Positions 12,961 to 28,678 of a stretch of DNA of 64,000 bases are shown piece after piece. The stretch is taken from positions 372,001 through 436,000 of the forward strand of contig NC_043015.1 of the NCBI RefSeq assembly GCF_006345805.1, given 5' to 3'. This DNA is from Octopus sinensis (lineage: Eukaryota). A program made the translations under genes and the position numbers. The notes under the pieces were generated by a model. It had not been told where the DNA came from. It was given only the letters and a program-made list of their open reading frames with translations, and ran no database searches. Numbering within the stretch: the first letter of the stretch is position 1; each line of letters starts with the position of its first letter.

Positions 12961-13212
12961 ATATGTGTAAGTGTTTTCTTGCCCTCATACATACATACAC
13001 ACTCATATGAAGGTGGGACAGAGCGGTAGCATTAGAAGTCCTGATAAAATCGATCCAACGGCTTTCTATATAGTTGCTGTGTACCTTACATTATTCACAT
13101 GTGTGGGTCGATCCGATTTTTATAACGAATGACATTTAACCTAGGGGCCTCGTCGTAGCAGGATCAACCAAAGCACCTCGTACTACCCAACAGAACTACT
13201 TTACTTTTACGC

Positions 13213-13244
<32 letters not shown>

Positions 13245-13839
13245 TACACAGAAACACACACACACACACACACACATACTATGTATACGTGCATCAAAAG
13301 AAACACTTTTCAAATACAAGTCCTTTGTGATATTTATTCTGCAACGAGATGTATATACTCCCTTTATACTCTCACTCTCTTAAATTCAGTGAACGAGTGA
13401 TTGACCGGTTGGACGCCAGCAATCTACGAGACTGTTGATCAATAATCAGAATATAAAATAAATAAATAAATAAATAAATATATAGACATATATAAAATTA
13501 CTATATAAATAAATAAATAAACAAGAACCTGAAAGAGTGGGTAATTATGCAAATATCCTGCTGTTTAACTGAGATGATTAATGAATCCACATGCTAACTT
13601 TTTACTCCTTGGTTGATTAACCTCTTCAAAGAGACTTATACCACTGCCTATTAGATTAGATCTCTCGACACATGGAGTGTTAAACAACAAAAGAATTATA
13701 TATATATATATATATAATATATATATATATAATATATATATATATATATGTATATAAATTTATACACACGAAAGAATATATGTATATATCCACACACAAA
13801 ACAACACTCATATTTATATATACACACACACACAAAATA

Positions 13840-13903
<64 letters not shown>

Positions 13904-14409
13904 TATATTTACACATGAACGTGCATATACACATACGCTCACACACACGCGAATTAAAGGAAAGTCTAGCATGAATTCGGCTTCTAGGCGTAGCAATTAA
14001 AATTTAAATGTCTGTAATAAAACTCATTGAACCATCAATAAAAAAATACTATAAATAATATAAAAAGCTCTATAAATAATACAAAGATATTATAAATAAT
14101 ATTTAAAAAATACTCTCTTAAAATTACCTGACGGAAAATTTAACTCTACTTGATCGTCAAGAAAGACAGTATGAAAGCTTACCTTTTTCTCATCATATGT
14201 CGCATATATTACGAAAACACCATGTAGTTGATATTATTATTGTAGTTGTTGAATATATTTCATGGGGCTAAAAAACGATATTTTTAACGTCTACTCATAT
14301 GCGACACTGTTGTTCAACGCAGTAATCATTTTACCGACACCATCGTTATTTCGGCAAATAAGATGATGTCTATAGTTTGCTGATAAAGGTATGATAATGG
14401 TTTCATATT

Positions 14410-15068
14410 TAGGCTCAATGCCAGCAATTTAAGGGGAAGTGGTAAGGGTGTTACATTGACTTCATTGCTCAACAAGTATTTATTTTAACGATTCTGAGAG
14501 AATGAAAAGGCGAAGCCAATGTCGTTGGAATTAGAACTTTGGAAATAAAAGGTGGAAGAATGATAAATGTATAATAATTCTTTCTGATAAATGTATAAGA
14601 ATTCTATCTAATTTTGGAGGGGTGATTTGATTACATCGTCGCCTGTGCACGAATGGTGCTTATTTTATCGACACCAAAGATCTGAAAGGCAGAGTGAACC
14701 TCAGCGGAATTTGAACACAGGACGTAAAGAGACGGAAGAATGATGAAGGGTTAATAATACTTCCTATTATATGCACAAGGCCTGAAATTTTAGGGGAGGG
14801 GATTTGTAGATTACATCGATCCCAGTGCATAACTGGTACTTAATTTATCGACCCCGAACAGTAAAGTCGACTCCGGCGGCATTTGAACTCGGAACATGGA
14901 GATAGACGAAATACCACGAAGCGTTTCGCCGCCTTGATGAACATATAATAACACAATAGCTTCAGGTTAAGTGTATGACTAGCAATTGTCTGGTACTTTA
15001 TTGACAATTTGAACTCAGAACGTAACGGCGGACGAAATACCGCTAAGCATTTCGCCCGGGGTGCTAAT
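14410..15068 (-). mobile_element. Cluster of about four head-to-tail SINE B fragments
   Basis: Recurrent ...TTTTATCGAC...AAAGGC(A)GAGT...CCTCAGCGGAATTTGAAC... units of differing divergence. Confidence 0.75.
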
Positions 15069-15149
15069 TAAAGGTACAACAATAAGAGTAAAATATATTC
15101 GGGTATATTCCTGTTTTCGAGAATATATTAGAGTAACTCTATATTATGT

Positions 15150-15410
15150 AGTGAGCGCTCGACACTGCTAGACATAATACTCAAACCTATCTGAAAGACA
15201 CCATTTACTGTTAAATGAAGAAGGTCGTTACGAATAGTGTTGTACTAGAAACCTTATTGTATTTTATTCAAATGAAAAAGCAGAAAGGTAATAACTAGGC
15301 TGTCTTTGATTATGAGGTAGGGAAAGAAGACGTGATGTTCATGACTGGATTGTCTTTGATCGTAGACATATATGATTGAGGCAGATTGGGACTAAATATC
15401 AACAACATTT
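15150..15410 (+). mobile_element. Old unclassified interspersed repeat (family E); probable further copies at about 170-345, 54050-54250, 57275-57345 and (minus) 37030-37130
   Basis: Similar order of blocks between copies by eye (CTAGAAATAG...TCAAA...GAAGG..ATT.GATA.TGT...GATCA...CTGAC.GGG.CTAAA..ACAAC); highly diverged. Confidence 0.35.
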
Positions 15411-16038
15411 CCTGCTGCTACTACTACTACTTCTGCTGCTGCTGATGATGATGATACGGAGCAATGAAAAGATATCTAGGATATCAATATTATGTAAATT
15501 GTAAATCTCCTTTAAATCATTACACATACTATCTTTAACATACGTACTCGGCACTAATTAATGGTAGATCTTGATACACTATGACAAGTTTCAAAATACG
15601 ACGAGAGGGTCACCGGTGGCAAATATGATTTTTAAACCTATCTCTTCTTAATAAGGTCTGACTTGGACAAACAAAAATATCAATATTTCGATTATTTTGT
15701 TTCAGGAATAATGACAACATCAGCCAAATCGCCACATTGGCTGAGAGCCAGAGAAGTTTTTGAGGCGTAGTGAAGTTAAATAGAAAAAAATATACATACG
15801 ACTATGCTTGGTAATTGTTTTATCGATCTCGATAAGTTGAAAGGCTAGGTCGTCCCTGGGACTCAGAATATAGGAAGGTGAAATAAAATACTCTTAGGCA
15901 ATTAGCCTGAAAGGGGATGGATTATCAGAGTCGTTAGATCATCGGCTCTCCACAGTGGCCATTTAACTGAAGTCAACTTTAGTGTTCATTTCGTGTATGT
16001 ATGTATATGCGTGTAAGCACACCCAGCCCACATATGTT

Positions 16039-16071
<33 letters not shown>

Positions 16072-16132
16072 CTGTGTGTGCATATATGTGCGTACATATA
16101 TATATATACATTTGTGTATATAATATAATATG

Positions 16133-16166
<34 letters not shown>

Positions 16167-16167
16167 A

Positions 16168-16373
16168 ATCCTTTAAAATGTTTTAGCCCGAAGGCCGCGG
16201 TCATGCTGGGGCACCACCGCTGAATGAGCTACACTAATATGTGAATCAACCTCTGATACGTGGCACTTAATCAACAAGGGAGTTCGATGTTGCTGCCCGC
16301 ATCTGCGTCTCCTGTCATGAGGTAGGTTCATCTGGGACTCCCGACAAGAATAGATCCAGTTTAGTTTTAAACG
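16168..16373 (-). mobile_element. CR1-type LINE 3' terminus
   Basis: Minus-strand translation FKTKLDLFLSGVPDEPT...AATSNSL resembles the CR1 ORF2 C-terminus; ends GGTGGTGCCCCAGCATGACCGCGGCCTTCGGGCTAAAAC next to (TA)n. Confidence 0.7.
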
Positions 16374-16699
16374 ATATATATATCGTCCGAATATTTGTTG
16401 GTCGCCAATTCGTAATCGTTAAATAAAACAGCAGTCACATACTAGAAATCTGGAATTGATTTTTCTCACAGAAAAAAAGAATTTGCGTAAATTACATAGA
16501 ATATTACAAAGAAGGCACCAGGGGTTGTTCATTGACCTAGTGGCACAAGGCTTGAAGAGATTAGTGTAAAGATAGAAACACAGTAAAAAAAAAAAAAAAC
16601 ACGGAAAACGAAGAATTATTTATGCATGAATACAGTGTTAATTTGCATACAGCTTACACAGCAGGATATTGATTTACTCAGTAGCCTATTGGATTACAT

Positions 16700-17400
16700 T
16701 ACGAATTTTATCACCATCCGATACAACTGCTTCATCTAGACGTGTTCCCTAACTCTGACGCGGCTAGGAAATGTTTATGTTTTCTTCGAGGTCTACACCG
16801 ATGTAAGAGATTTCCTTTTCTTACCTATGCAAACATGGCCTTCTGCTCCTGAAGATTCAAGACAGACGCTGAAATGAAAGACTTCGCTGGGTTTGTGAAG
16901 GCTAAATTCTCTTCGATATCATTCAAGCTAACTTTCGTTACTTCTCTTTATAGTATTCTTGTGTGAACGTTCCACTGATTGCATTTATCGGCTTGTAGAT
17001 CACAATGTTTACCAGGCAGCATTCCACATACAAGACACCGAATATTGATGTACGCTTGATCCAGGATGCAGCTACATAAACTAGACGAGGGGTGGGACAA
17101 CCTGCTTCTCAAACAATAATCACACCAGTCTTAGATTTTCTGCATTTGTCACAGGCCCCAGAAGACCGGAGAGAAACCGAACGCACAGTCACCTAGCTTA
17201 AATCCTTCGAACACTTTAAATTTAACCCAAATGATCTAGGGCAGTCATTTAGATATAGATCGGATCGTATCTCTGCTTGAGACAGTCCTCATTTTAGATC
17301 CATTTCTCTGGGCTTGCACAGTTTTGTACGGCTCCGGCGACGTCTACATTATACACCAACACCAAATTTTTCCAGATCACTATAGATAAAATACTTTATC
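16700..17400 (-). mobile_element. Highly decayed CR1-like LINE ORF2 C-terminal region
   Basis: Frame-broken motifs KHFLA.VRV and LDEAVVSDGD resemble CR1 RKHFFSxRVVxxWNxLPxxVV; many stops. Confidence 0.45.
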
Positions 17401-17793
17401 GTGATCGCTATAGATTACCCTATTGTCTAATTAGCAGTTCTAGAACTGATAATTTTCAGTTTGTTGACATTTTCTATAGATTCTGGTGAGAGAGGAACGA
17501 ATACACTTGGCATACTACAAACATTAAAGCTTTCAGAAAAATACTATCCGTTCATGAGGACTAACAATTTGTAGAGCCGGATTTAACTTCCACTATTCCA
17601 GCAGCTGAGACGGATTTTCGCACCAATATACCTTGTCCGTGCTAGACAGTTGAACCAGCTGTAAAATTTCTAAATACAAAATAACAAGTTGTGCAGGAAA
17701 CGACAAAGCACATATTTTCTGTACTCGTTAATCAAGGCTTCATCAAATCTTCTTTCGGGGACATAGGGAAATCCTCTCTGGTAGTTTACAATA

Positions 17794-18384
17794 CCTATTT
17801 CTTTACTACCCACAAGGGGCTAAACACAGAGGACAAACAAGGACAAACTGATTAAGTCGATTATATCGACCCCAGTCCGTAACTGGTACTTATTTAATCG
17901 ATTCCGAAAGGATGAAACGCAAAGTCGACCTCGGCGGAATTTGAACTCAGAACGTAGCGGCAGACGAAATACCTATTTCTACTCTCAAGGGGCTAAATAC
18001 AGATGGGACAAACAAGGACAGACAAACTGATTAAGTCGATTACATCGACCCCAGTACGTAATTGGTGCCTAATTTATCGATGCCGAAAGGATTAAAGGCA
18101 AAGTCGACCTCGGCGGAATTTGAACTCAGAACGTAGCGGCAACGAAATACCTATTTCTTTACTACCCACAAGGGGCTAAGCACAGAGAGGACAAACAAGG
18201 ACAGACAAACTGATTAAGTCGATTACATTGACCCCAGTGCGTAACTGGTACCTAATTTATCGACTCCGAAAGGATGAAAGGCAAAGTCGACCTCGACGGA
18301 ATTTGAACTCAGAACGTAACGGCAGACGAAATACGGCTACGCATTTCACCCGGCGTGCTAACGATTCTACCAGCTCGCCGCCTT
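17794..18384 (-). mobile_element. SINE family B trimer (one head plus three ~178 bp bodies)
   Basis: Units start at about 17794, 17972 and 18150; a single head GGCGGCGAGCTGGTAGAATCGTTAGC at the right end. Confidence 0.92.
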
Positions 18385-18960
18385 ATGGTAGTGTACAATA
18401 CCATTTACTAGGCAAAGTTTTTTTTTTTTTTTTTTTTTTTTGTAAGGAAGAACTCTCTTTCGAGGCACGCTTTTCTTTTTGTCTGGAGTTGACCGCTACC
18501 TATTATTTCATTTATTTGACTAGCAAAGAATGGGTCGCATATCTGTTCGTTGTTCGTTTGTTATTGTCATTGAAATGTTTTATCGCCATTTTCTTTTTGT
18601 ATTTTTCCGTGGTTGTCAACTTGTAAATGTCCGTATTTATAACTATGTTTATTTCATTGTCACTTTTTCTATTCATTTTTTGTGATCTTAATTCTTTATT
18701 TTGTATATGTGTGAATGTGACTTCAATAATTTTGAGAGAGGAAGTTTTTATTCCCACAAACTTTGTGGTTAGCCTCACCATGCCCACTGCCACAGAGGTG
18801 CTCATATTTAACCCTTTTGAGACACGTCGTGTTTTGGTGTCTGTAGCCAAAATGACTAGAATGTCTTTCATGTCGTGAGTGAAAATGATAGGTGTGTGTA
18901 AAAAATAAAGGACAAAGTGCCTGAAATAACTTTATTAGTATGTAAAACTATATATATTGT

Positions 18961-19364
18961 CTTTACTCTTTTACTTGTATCAGTCATTTGACAGCGGCCA
19001 TGCTGGAGCTCCGCCTTTAGTCGAGCAAATCGACCCCGGGACTTATTCTTTGTTAGCCTAGTACTTATTCTATCGGTCTCTTTTGCCGTAAACACACCAA
19101 CATCGGTTGTCAAGCGATGCTGGAGGGACAAACACAGACACAGAAACACAACACACACAAATATATATAAATATATATATATATCTATATATATATATAT
19201 ACGACGGGCTTCTTTCAGTTATCGTCTACCAAATCCATTCACAAGGCTTTGGTCGGCCCGAGGCTATAATAGAAGACACTTGCCAAGGTGCCACGCAGTG
19301 GGACTGAACCCGGAACCATGTGGTTGGGAGGCAAGCTACTTACCACGCAGCCACTCCTGCGCCT
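18961..19364 (-). mobile_element. SINE family A, full length
   Basis: Reverse complement of the 6377-6761 consensus over its whole length. Confidence 0.92.
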
Positions 19365-19849
19365 ATTAAATAGTTTTATTTTATATCTACTGAACTATTA
19401 TATAGTATTATTTTATATCTACTGAAAGACGATCTCTGAAAGACGATTGGCTTTTGCACTTCATCGGGCCGATGGATCGGCCTCAAAATCTCTTCAATTT
19501 GTATCACTTGGGCAAATCAAGAAGTTTAACTAATAAACAAAGCAAATAATAAGGATGATTGTAAAAGCATGAGCACACAATAAAGACGTCCAAGGACGAA
19601 CCTTGGTATTGGTGTGCACATACAACTATATCCAACCACATTCGGAAAAGAAGTTAATAACGCCCTGAACTTGTCATATATCAGTGGGGACTAAGAAACT
19701 AACGAAAAATTTGAGGCAAATACGGGAAAACTAAACTTTATTCTGGGAGTAGTTGTAATGCATAATACAGAAATATTCTTCATTTACCTTAACAAGAATT
19801 ATTCGTAAAGTCCTCGATATAATGTACGGATAGCTTTAAAAAATGCATT

Positions 19850-20190
19850 ACTCTTTACTCTTTTACTCTTTTACTTGTTTCAGTAATTTGACTGCGGCTA
19901 TGCTGGAGCACCGCCTTTAGTCGAGAAAATCGACCCCGGGACTTATTCTTTGTAAGCCCAGTACTTATTCTATCGGTCTCTTTTGCCGAACCGCTAAGTG
20001 ACGGAGACGTAAACACACCATCATCGGTTGTCAAGCAATGCTAGGGGGACACACACAGGTCCACCGAGGTCGACTTTGCTTTTCATCCTTTCGGAGTCGA
20101 TAGGATAAGTATCAGTTACGTACTGGGTCGATCTAATCTACAGGTTCCCCTCCCCAAAAAATTTCGGGCCTTATGCATAGAGTAGAAAGG
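19850..20190. mobile_element. Truncated SINE A (minus, about 19850-20057) fused to a SINE B fragment (plus, about 20058-20190)
   Basis: Junction GGGGGACACACACAGG|TCCACCGAGGTCGACTTTGC. Confidence 0.8.
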
Positions 20191-20251
20191 AATAATTATG
20201 ATTATGATGAGATAATAACGCGCACGCACACACATACACAACACACACACA

Positions 20252-20291
<40 letters not shown>

Positions 20292-20447
20292 ACACACACA
20301 CACACACACACACAAATTTAGCAATTAATTACAGCATATATTGCTTCTTACGCTAGCAATTTCTTAACTACTCTACTATATGCATGCATTTACATACGTA
20401 CTAACATGCACATATAAACAACACACACATAATACATACATATATAT

Positions 20448-20492
<45 letters not shown>

Positions 20493-20554
20493 ATATATAT
20501 ATACATACCTATGATATGCGTACCTAATATTTATAAGGTTATATGTATATATAT

Positions 20555-20654
20555 NNNNNNNNNNNNNNNNNNNNNNNNNNNNNNNNNNNNNNNNNNNNNN
20601 NNNNNNNNNNNNNNNNNNNNNNNNNNNNNNNNNNNNNNNNNNNNNNNNNNNNNN
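20555..20654. other. Assembly gap (100 N)
   Basis: Run of N following a (TA)n tract. Confidence 1.
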
Positions 20655-20959
20655 AAACAGTAAAATAACAGTCAAGTGCTACGACCTAATATCTTCCTTT
20701 CAAAAGTGATGGCCCTATGGCTAAAGCTGTAACAATTATTTAGAGGCTGTAATCTGACAGAATCGTTAGAGCGTCTGACAAACTGCATTATGGCATTTCT
20801 TCCGGCTCTTTAGGTGCGTCGTTCTAATTATAACATTAACGTAAGTACACGGCCTTCTGATCAGTTTGATTTTTGATATACTCTCTTCTTTTAAGTATTA
20901 TAGCTTTAGCTTAGCTGTGATTACTGCACCAAAATCAACGAAATTGTCACTTAAAGAAA

Positions 20960-22090
20960 AAGCAAGAAAAAATCTCTTTAATTATACTCTGTTTAACAAA
21001 ATATGTGAAGGTCACATTTGACTGAGTTGTTCGGTGAATTGGTAATGTCTGAAGATCAATGTGTAGCATCCAATGCTGTCGAACAGCAGATATGATTTGA
21101 TTGAGATGCTTTGCAATATATCTTCTGGTACTTTGGTTTGTCACAACAACGGTTAAGAAGAGCCTGGTGCCGAAAGATGTCGGCCCATTCCAGCGACAGT
21201 TCCTCGGACAAACATCGGATAATACAAACACGTATTGAATGTAAGTACTCCTAGGTGGAGCCAACAGCCTACCTCTATTTTTTTTTCAGAGAGAAAATGG
21301 AAAAAATACAATGAATAAAAGTTAACCATGCATACTCACGTACATGAACAAATGCCTGATCAACGTTTAACGACAGAGGCCCTAAAATGTTGTAGTGACA
21401 AACGTTAGGGTCACGAATGGGGTGAGTGAGATGGTAGATCTACTCATCCAGGAGTAGAGAGGCCTGCGGCTAAACAAAGAATCTTTAAGATATTTTGATA
21501 TAAACAGTATAACTAGGGTCATATAAACCAGAGTCGCCTGTGATTGGATGAAGATTTCATAGGTGGAGCTGAATAAAAAAAAAGAAGAAAACCAGAAGAA
21601 ACATAGATATGACCACGATAGATTCATCTTCGGTCAAGACTGAAGTTAACAAAAAAAAATAACAAAAAAAATTAAGAAATAAAAACAATGACGTCTATGA
21701 AATAAATAATAAAAAATAAAAAATAATGTATAAGAAATGCATAAATAAATAATTAAATATATAAATAAATATATGCATGAAAAAAAAAATATTTTACAGA
21801 AAAAAACACCAAAAAAAACCAAAAAAAAACAACACAATAAAAAATCATTCTGAAGTGCAATGATCGAAGGTCTCAGAATCTTACAGGTATATGTTTTATA
21901 TGTATTGATCGGATTTGCAATGAAGTCATTAATCTCACGGATTCTAGTGATTCGACTCAGAGGAATTACCTTAAAACTATATCAGTTGGCAAAAGCATTC
22001 ATTTTGGAAATATATAATTCAACCATGCATAACATTTCATGATTCAGCGCTGTATGTTTTGTGCGTGAAAAATAGGTGAACGGTGTATAA
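20960..22090 (+). mobile_element. Ancient CR1-type LINE ORF2 remnant interrupted by an A-rich tract (about 21640-21845)
   Basis: Colinear frame-broken motifs MSEDQ..SNAVEQ..LRCFA, IIQTRIE, LIQE*RGL..KESLRYFDINS, RLRGITLKLY, KHSF..IIQP follow the order of CR1 RT C-terminal motifs. Confidence 0.55.
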
Positions 22091-22389
22091 AGGCGTGAAA
22101 CGCAGAGTGAGTGAATGTGTGGGGTGTTTGTGCGTGTGTGCGTGCGTATGGCTCTGTATGTGGGTGTATGAATATGTATGCATACGCACACATATATGCA
22201 TTAACACACACATATAGATACAAATATACACACACACACATACATACATACATACATAAATACATACGCACACTCATATATATATAGATATATATACACA
22301 TATATATGTAGGCATACACACGCACATATATAGGAAAGTGTTTATATTTAAAAAGCACTAATGTTTGTATATTCATATATGCATACTCA

Positions 22390-22731
<342 letters not shown>

Positions 22732-23404
22732 TGTGAAAAATACACCACATTGATTAGCCGAAGAAACTTCGGGATTTCAAAGGAAAATAAAACTCAAGAA
22801 TATAATAAAATTATATACACTCATACATATTGAGATACTTGCATAGATACTCATACATTTGTGTGAGTGTATGTGTGTGTGTATGCATGTCTATAGAAAA
22901 ATATATATATTTCATTTGTATGTATGCATAAATATTGCTGCAATCTTTAACACACTGGTTGCATAGGCGGGACACAAATTCGAGTGCATACTGTAACTCT
23001 TTATATTAATGTGGCCAAGAAATATACATTCATCAAGTATATCTCTCTAGGTACGCTGCTTTCTATCTAGCCTCAATCGTTTCATGTGCGCTGCTTGTCA
23101 TAAGTGTCTGTAGATTAATGTTGGTCACAGCTATCAGTGTTGATCTAGGTAAGTACTTTGTTTCACAGCAAATGACCTTGGACTCTAAGATATTGGTTTC
23201 CTGACATTCTTTTTCTTTCGCTGGAAGATACAAAATATTTAAGGTAGGTATGTAGGTATTTCAAGGTACAGTATTTTTTATTATATATACGCGGGTTACC
23301 TGGAAAGTAGCGGTGATGCAGGAGCTCTGAAATTTTGCTTGCGTTAATTCCAACTCTTTGTATTAATAACTGTGTTGGTTCTTTCCAGGTGAACCAATAT
23401 CTGA

Positions 23405-23666
23405 TTCTTTTACTCTTTTACTCTTTTACTTGCGTCAGTCATTTGACTGTGGCCATGCTGGAGAACCGCTTTTAGTCGAACAAATCAACCCCAGGACTTA
23501 TTCTTTGTATGCCTAGTGATTATTCTATCGGTCTCTTTTTGCCGAACGCTAAGTGACGGGATCGTAAACGCACCATCATCGGTTGTCAAGCGATGTTCGG
23601 GGACAAACACAGACACACTAACATATACACACATACATATATACGACGGGCTTCTTTCAATTTCCG
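23405..23666 (-). mobile_element. SINE family A, 5'-truncated, abutting a transposase remnant
   Basis: (CTTTTA)n tail and A body up to CTTTCAATTTCCGT. Confidence 0.88.
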
Positions 23667-24219
23667 TGCCCCCAAAACATGTACTGAGGGTGATAAAAAT
23701 CAGGCATCCAGTCAACACTATGGTATTTGGAGTGATGACAACGTTAGGCCTCCATTAATCTTCCCACATTGCCTTAGACACAACACAGGGGTTTACATCA
23801 AATACCTTTAGGAGGTAGTGCTGCCCTCTTGACACAGGGCACTATCTGCACCATTACACACAAGCAGGACAACCTAGTCATGGCTGTCAGACCATCTATG
23901 CGACCACATCTCCCCTAACATCTGACCACCTAACTCCCTAGACTACAACCCAATTTATTATCATGAGTGGGGCGTACGTGAGCGAGACCAACAAAACTAT
24001 TTTGTAACACCAAAAATGAACTAAAAGGCAAGGAGTAAGACACCATCCGGAAGAGTTGCACGAGAATCTGAAGTCGTCTGGAGGTCGTGGTTGAAGCTAA
24101 TGACAATTTTATTGAATAAATTTCCTCAAGATATTTTTATGTAATTTTCGTAAATATATAAATCAAAATGAAATGTCAGTGTTATTTTCATTTTTCCGTA
24201 ATTTATTCACTGTACCCTG
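23667..24219 (+). mobile_element. Tc1/mariner transposase pseudogene, DD37D/maT-like C-terminal half plus right end
   Basis: Frame-broken translation VIKIRHPVNTMVFGV, RPPLIFPHCLRHNTGVYIKYL*EVVLP, SAPLHTSRTT*SWLSDHLCDHISPNI*PPNSLDYNP, SRLEVVVEANDNFIE*; ends ...ATTCACTGTACCCTG|TA. Confidence 0.85.
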
Positions 24220-24309
24220 TATATATATATATGTATACGTGTATATATGTCTATACATACATACATGCATACATACATACATACATACATACATACATAC
24301 ATACATACA

Positions 24310-24340
<31 letters not shown>

Positions 24341-24714
24341 CCTTATATATAAACAATGGGATGATTGAGTAAAGTAATCAGCTATGAACCAATAATGACA
24401 ACTGGAAACAGCTGTATATTTACTAAAATAAATCAAATTTAACAAAATAATACCTATGTAATGACCGTTATTTATGCTTTGTCTTACAAACACACGTACA
24501 CATACAAACATACATACATACATACATACAGACAGACAGACAGACAGACAGACAGATAGATAGATAGATATATAGATAGATAGATACTTACATATATATA
24601 TAAATATATATATCTACATATATATATATAGAGAGAGAGTGAGAGTGGGTGAGGGAGGAATGACGGGAGGGAGGGAGAGAAAGAAAGAGGGGAGAGATGG
24701 AGAGAGAGGCAGAT

Positions 24715-24930
24715 CTACACTGAGTGGGGTAGATGTTTTCAAGAAGCAACTTGCATCTGCTGGCTATGATCTTAGATGAATTTATATTACTGCAAGAAAC
24801 ACAAGAGAGGGGCAAGAATACCAAACTCCTTCCATCACCTAGGAATGGCCATTGAAAAGGTGATGATACTGCCGATGCCCCAAAGTGGTCACAAACTTCG
24901 GGCTGAGAAATATCAAAAAAATAAAACTAT
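24715..24930 (+). mobile_element. Decayed CR1-type 3' terminus
   Basis: GTAGATGTTTTCAAGAAGCAACTTG...GATGAATTTA...CAAACTCC...GATGCCCCAAAGTGGTCACA...CGGGCTGAGAAA parallels 16168-16373. Confidence 0.55.
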
Positions 24931-25377
24931 ATATATATATGTATATATATATGTGTGTTAGAATCTTTAGTGTATCATGCAAAATTATTTCTATTTCTTA
25001 GAAAGATCCAATCATGTATATTTCCATTTCAAACCTCACAAATTGTGGCTTTGTTCTTCATCATTAGGTATTGGATCGTGAAGGTGCCAAAGAAGAGTTC
25101 AAACCCTGCTAAACCATTTGCTGTTAAACAGTATCAACGTTTTTGACAATATTGAAACTATTGGACAGATATGGCGTTGAGAAAACGCTCTAGTTACGTC
25201 CCTTTGTGTCATCAGTTTCAAACTTAGCGTTTAAGTTTATTCTGTCGCGATCGATAAAATATGATGTAGAAATAATGTACTTTAATCGATTAAACAACGT
25301 TAGCTACCACAACAATGATAACAACAGCTAGAAATTTCGTCCTTGCAAGCACACACATACACACACTATTAATATTA

Positions 25378-25588
25378 ACACTGGTTTCAATTTTTGGCAC
25401 GAGGCCAGCAATTTCGGGCGAAGCGGCAAGTTGATTACATCGACCCCAGTGCTCAACTGGTATTTATTTTATCAAATCTCGAAAGGATGAAACGTAGAGT
25501 CGACCTCCACAGAAATTGAACTCAGAGGCCAACGAAATGCCGCTTAGCATTTTGCCCGGCGGCATAACGATTCTACCAGCTCGCACCT
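25378..25588 (-). mobile_element. SINE family B monomer followed by (TAA)n
   Basis: Homology to the B consensus. Confidence 0.85.
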
Positions 25589-25593
25589 AATAA

Positions 25594-25646
<53 letters not shown>

Positions 25647-25981
25647 TAATAATAAAAATGATGATGATGATTGCAGTAATGATCGCTTTCCCTCTCATTC
25701 TACCGATTTAGCGTAACAGGGTAAAATACAACGTGGGTTAATGTTCGTCGCATTATCTTTAAGCACAGCCATACAGCTGCCTTAAATATCACCAGGATGA
25801 CTGTGTGCTGGTTGTTGTTCTCGTGGTTATTATTATTATCATCATTATTATTATTACTTCTACTACCATTGCTACTACAGTTAATATTTATGTTAATAGT
25901 ATTATTATTATTAGGATTAGCAGTATTATATTTGCCGAGATTATATAAGCAACAAAGCGTTTATCATTTAATCACTCACTG

Positions 25982-28110
<2,129 letters not shown>

Positions 28111-28631
28111 TATAGAAGCAAACCTACATACTCCACTCTGCCTGTTACTCCTTCCCCTACCAGCAATGTTTGTAAGTATGTGTATATGTGTTCTTGTGTA
28201 TGTGAGCGCTTTTATATACGTGTGTGCGCATGTCTGTAGGTGTGGGGTGTACGCGTGTATGTGTGACTTTTCCAACAATCTAAGAAACATCTGCTGTTTT
28301 AAAACTCATTAGACATTAGATTTCATCCGAAAGCCTCTTAAAAATGTATTTCTTGTTTGGGCCTTGTTGGTTGGTCGGTAGGTTAGTCGGTTGATTACAG
28401 CTCAACCACTGTGTATTACCGAGGTTGTCATTGTATTATTGTCTTCGTGATGACGGCAGAAACCACCACTACAGTCAGCCAGGCGCTCAACCATCCTTCC
28501 TTCCTTTAAGGAGGTCTTCTATAAATTTTCTCTACGTCTCTATCTCTTTCCTGCGCTGCGAGTTGTGTGTCTGCTGTTTGTCTCAGTGAGAGAGTGCGTT
28601 TGTATATAAGTGCACGCCTGTGTATTCCAAT

Positions 28632-28678
<47 letters not shown>

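Noticed and set aside
17480-17485. 6 nt micro-exon candidate TAG|ATTCTG|GTGAGA
   Set aside because: Expected by chance; no UGC enhancer; adjoins a LINE remnant
17794-18384. Regularly spaced repeats resembling a CRISPR array or satellite
   Set aside because: Units are SINE bodies without unique spacers; eukaryotic context, no cas genes
21150-21246. Apparent first exon MSAHSSDSSSDKHRIIQTRIE with GTAAGT donor
   Set aside because: Lies inside the colinear CR1 remnant, which explains the sequence
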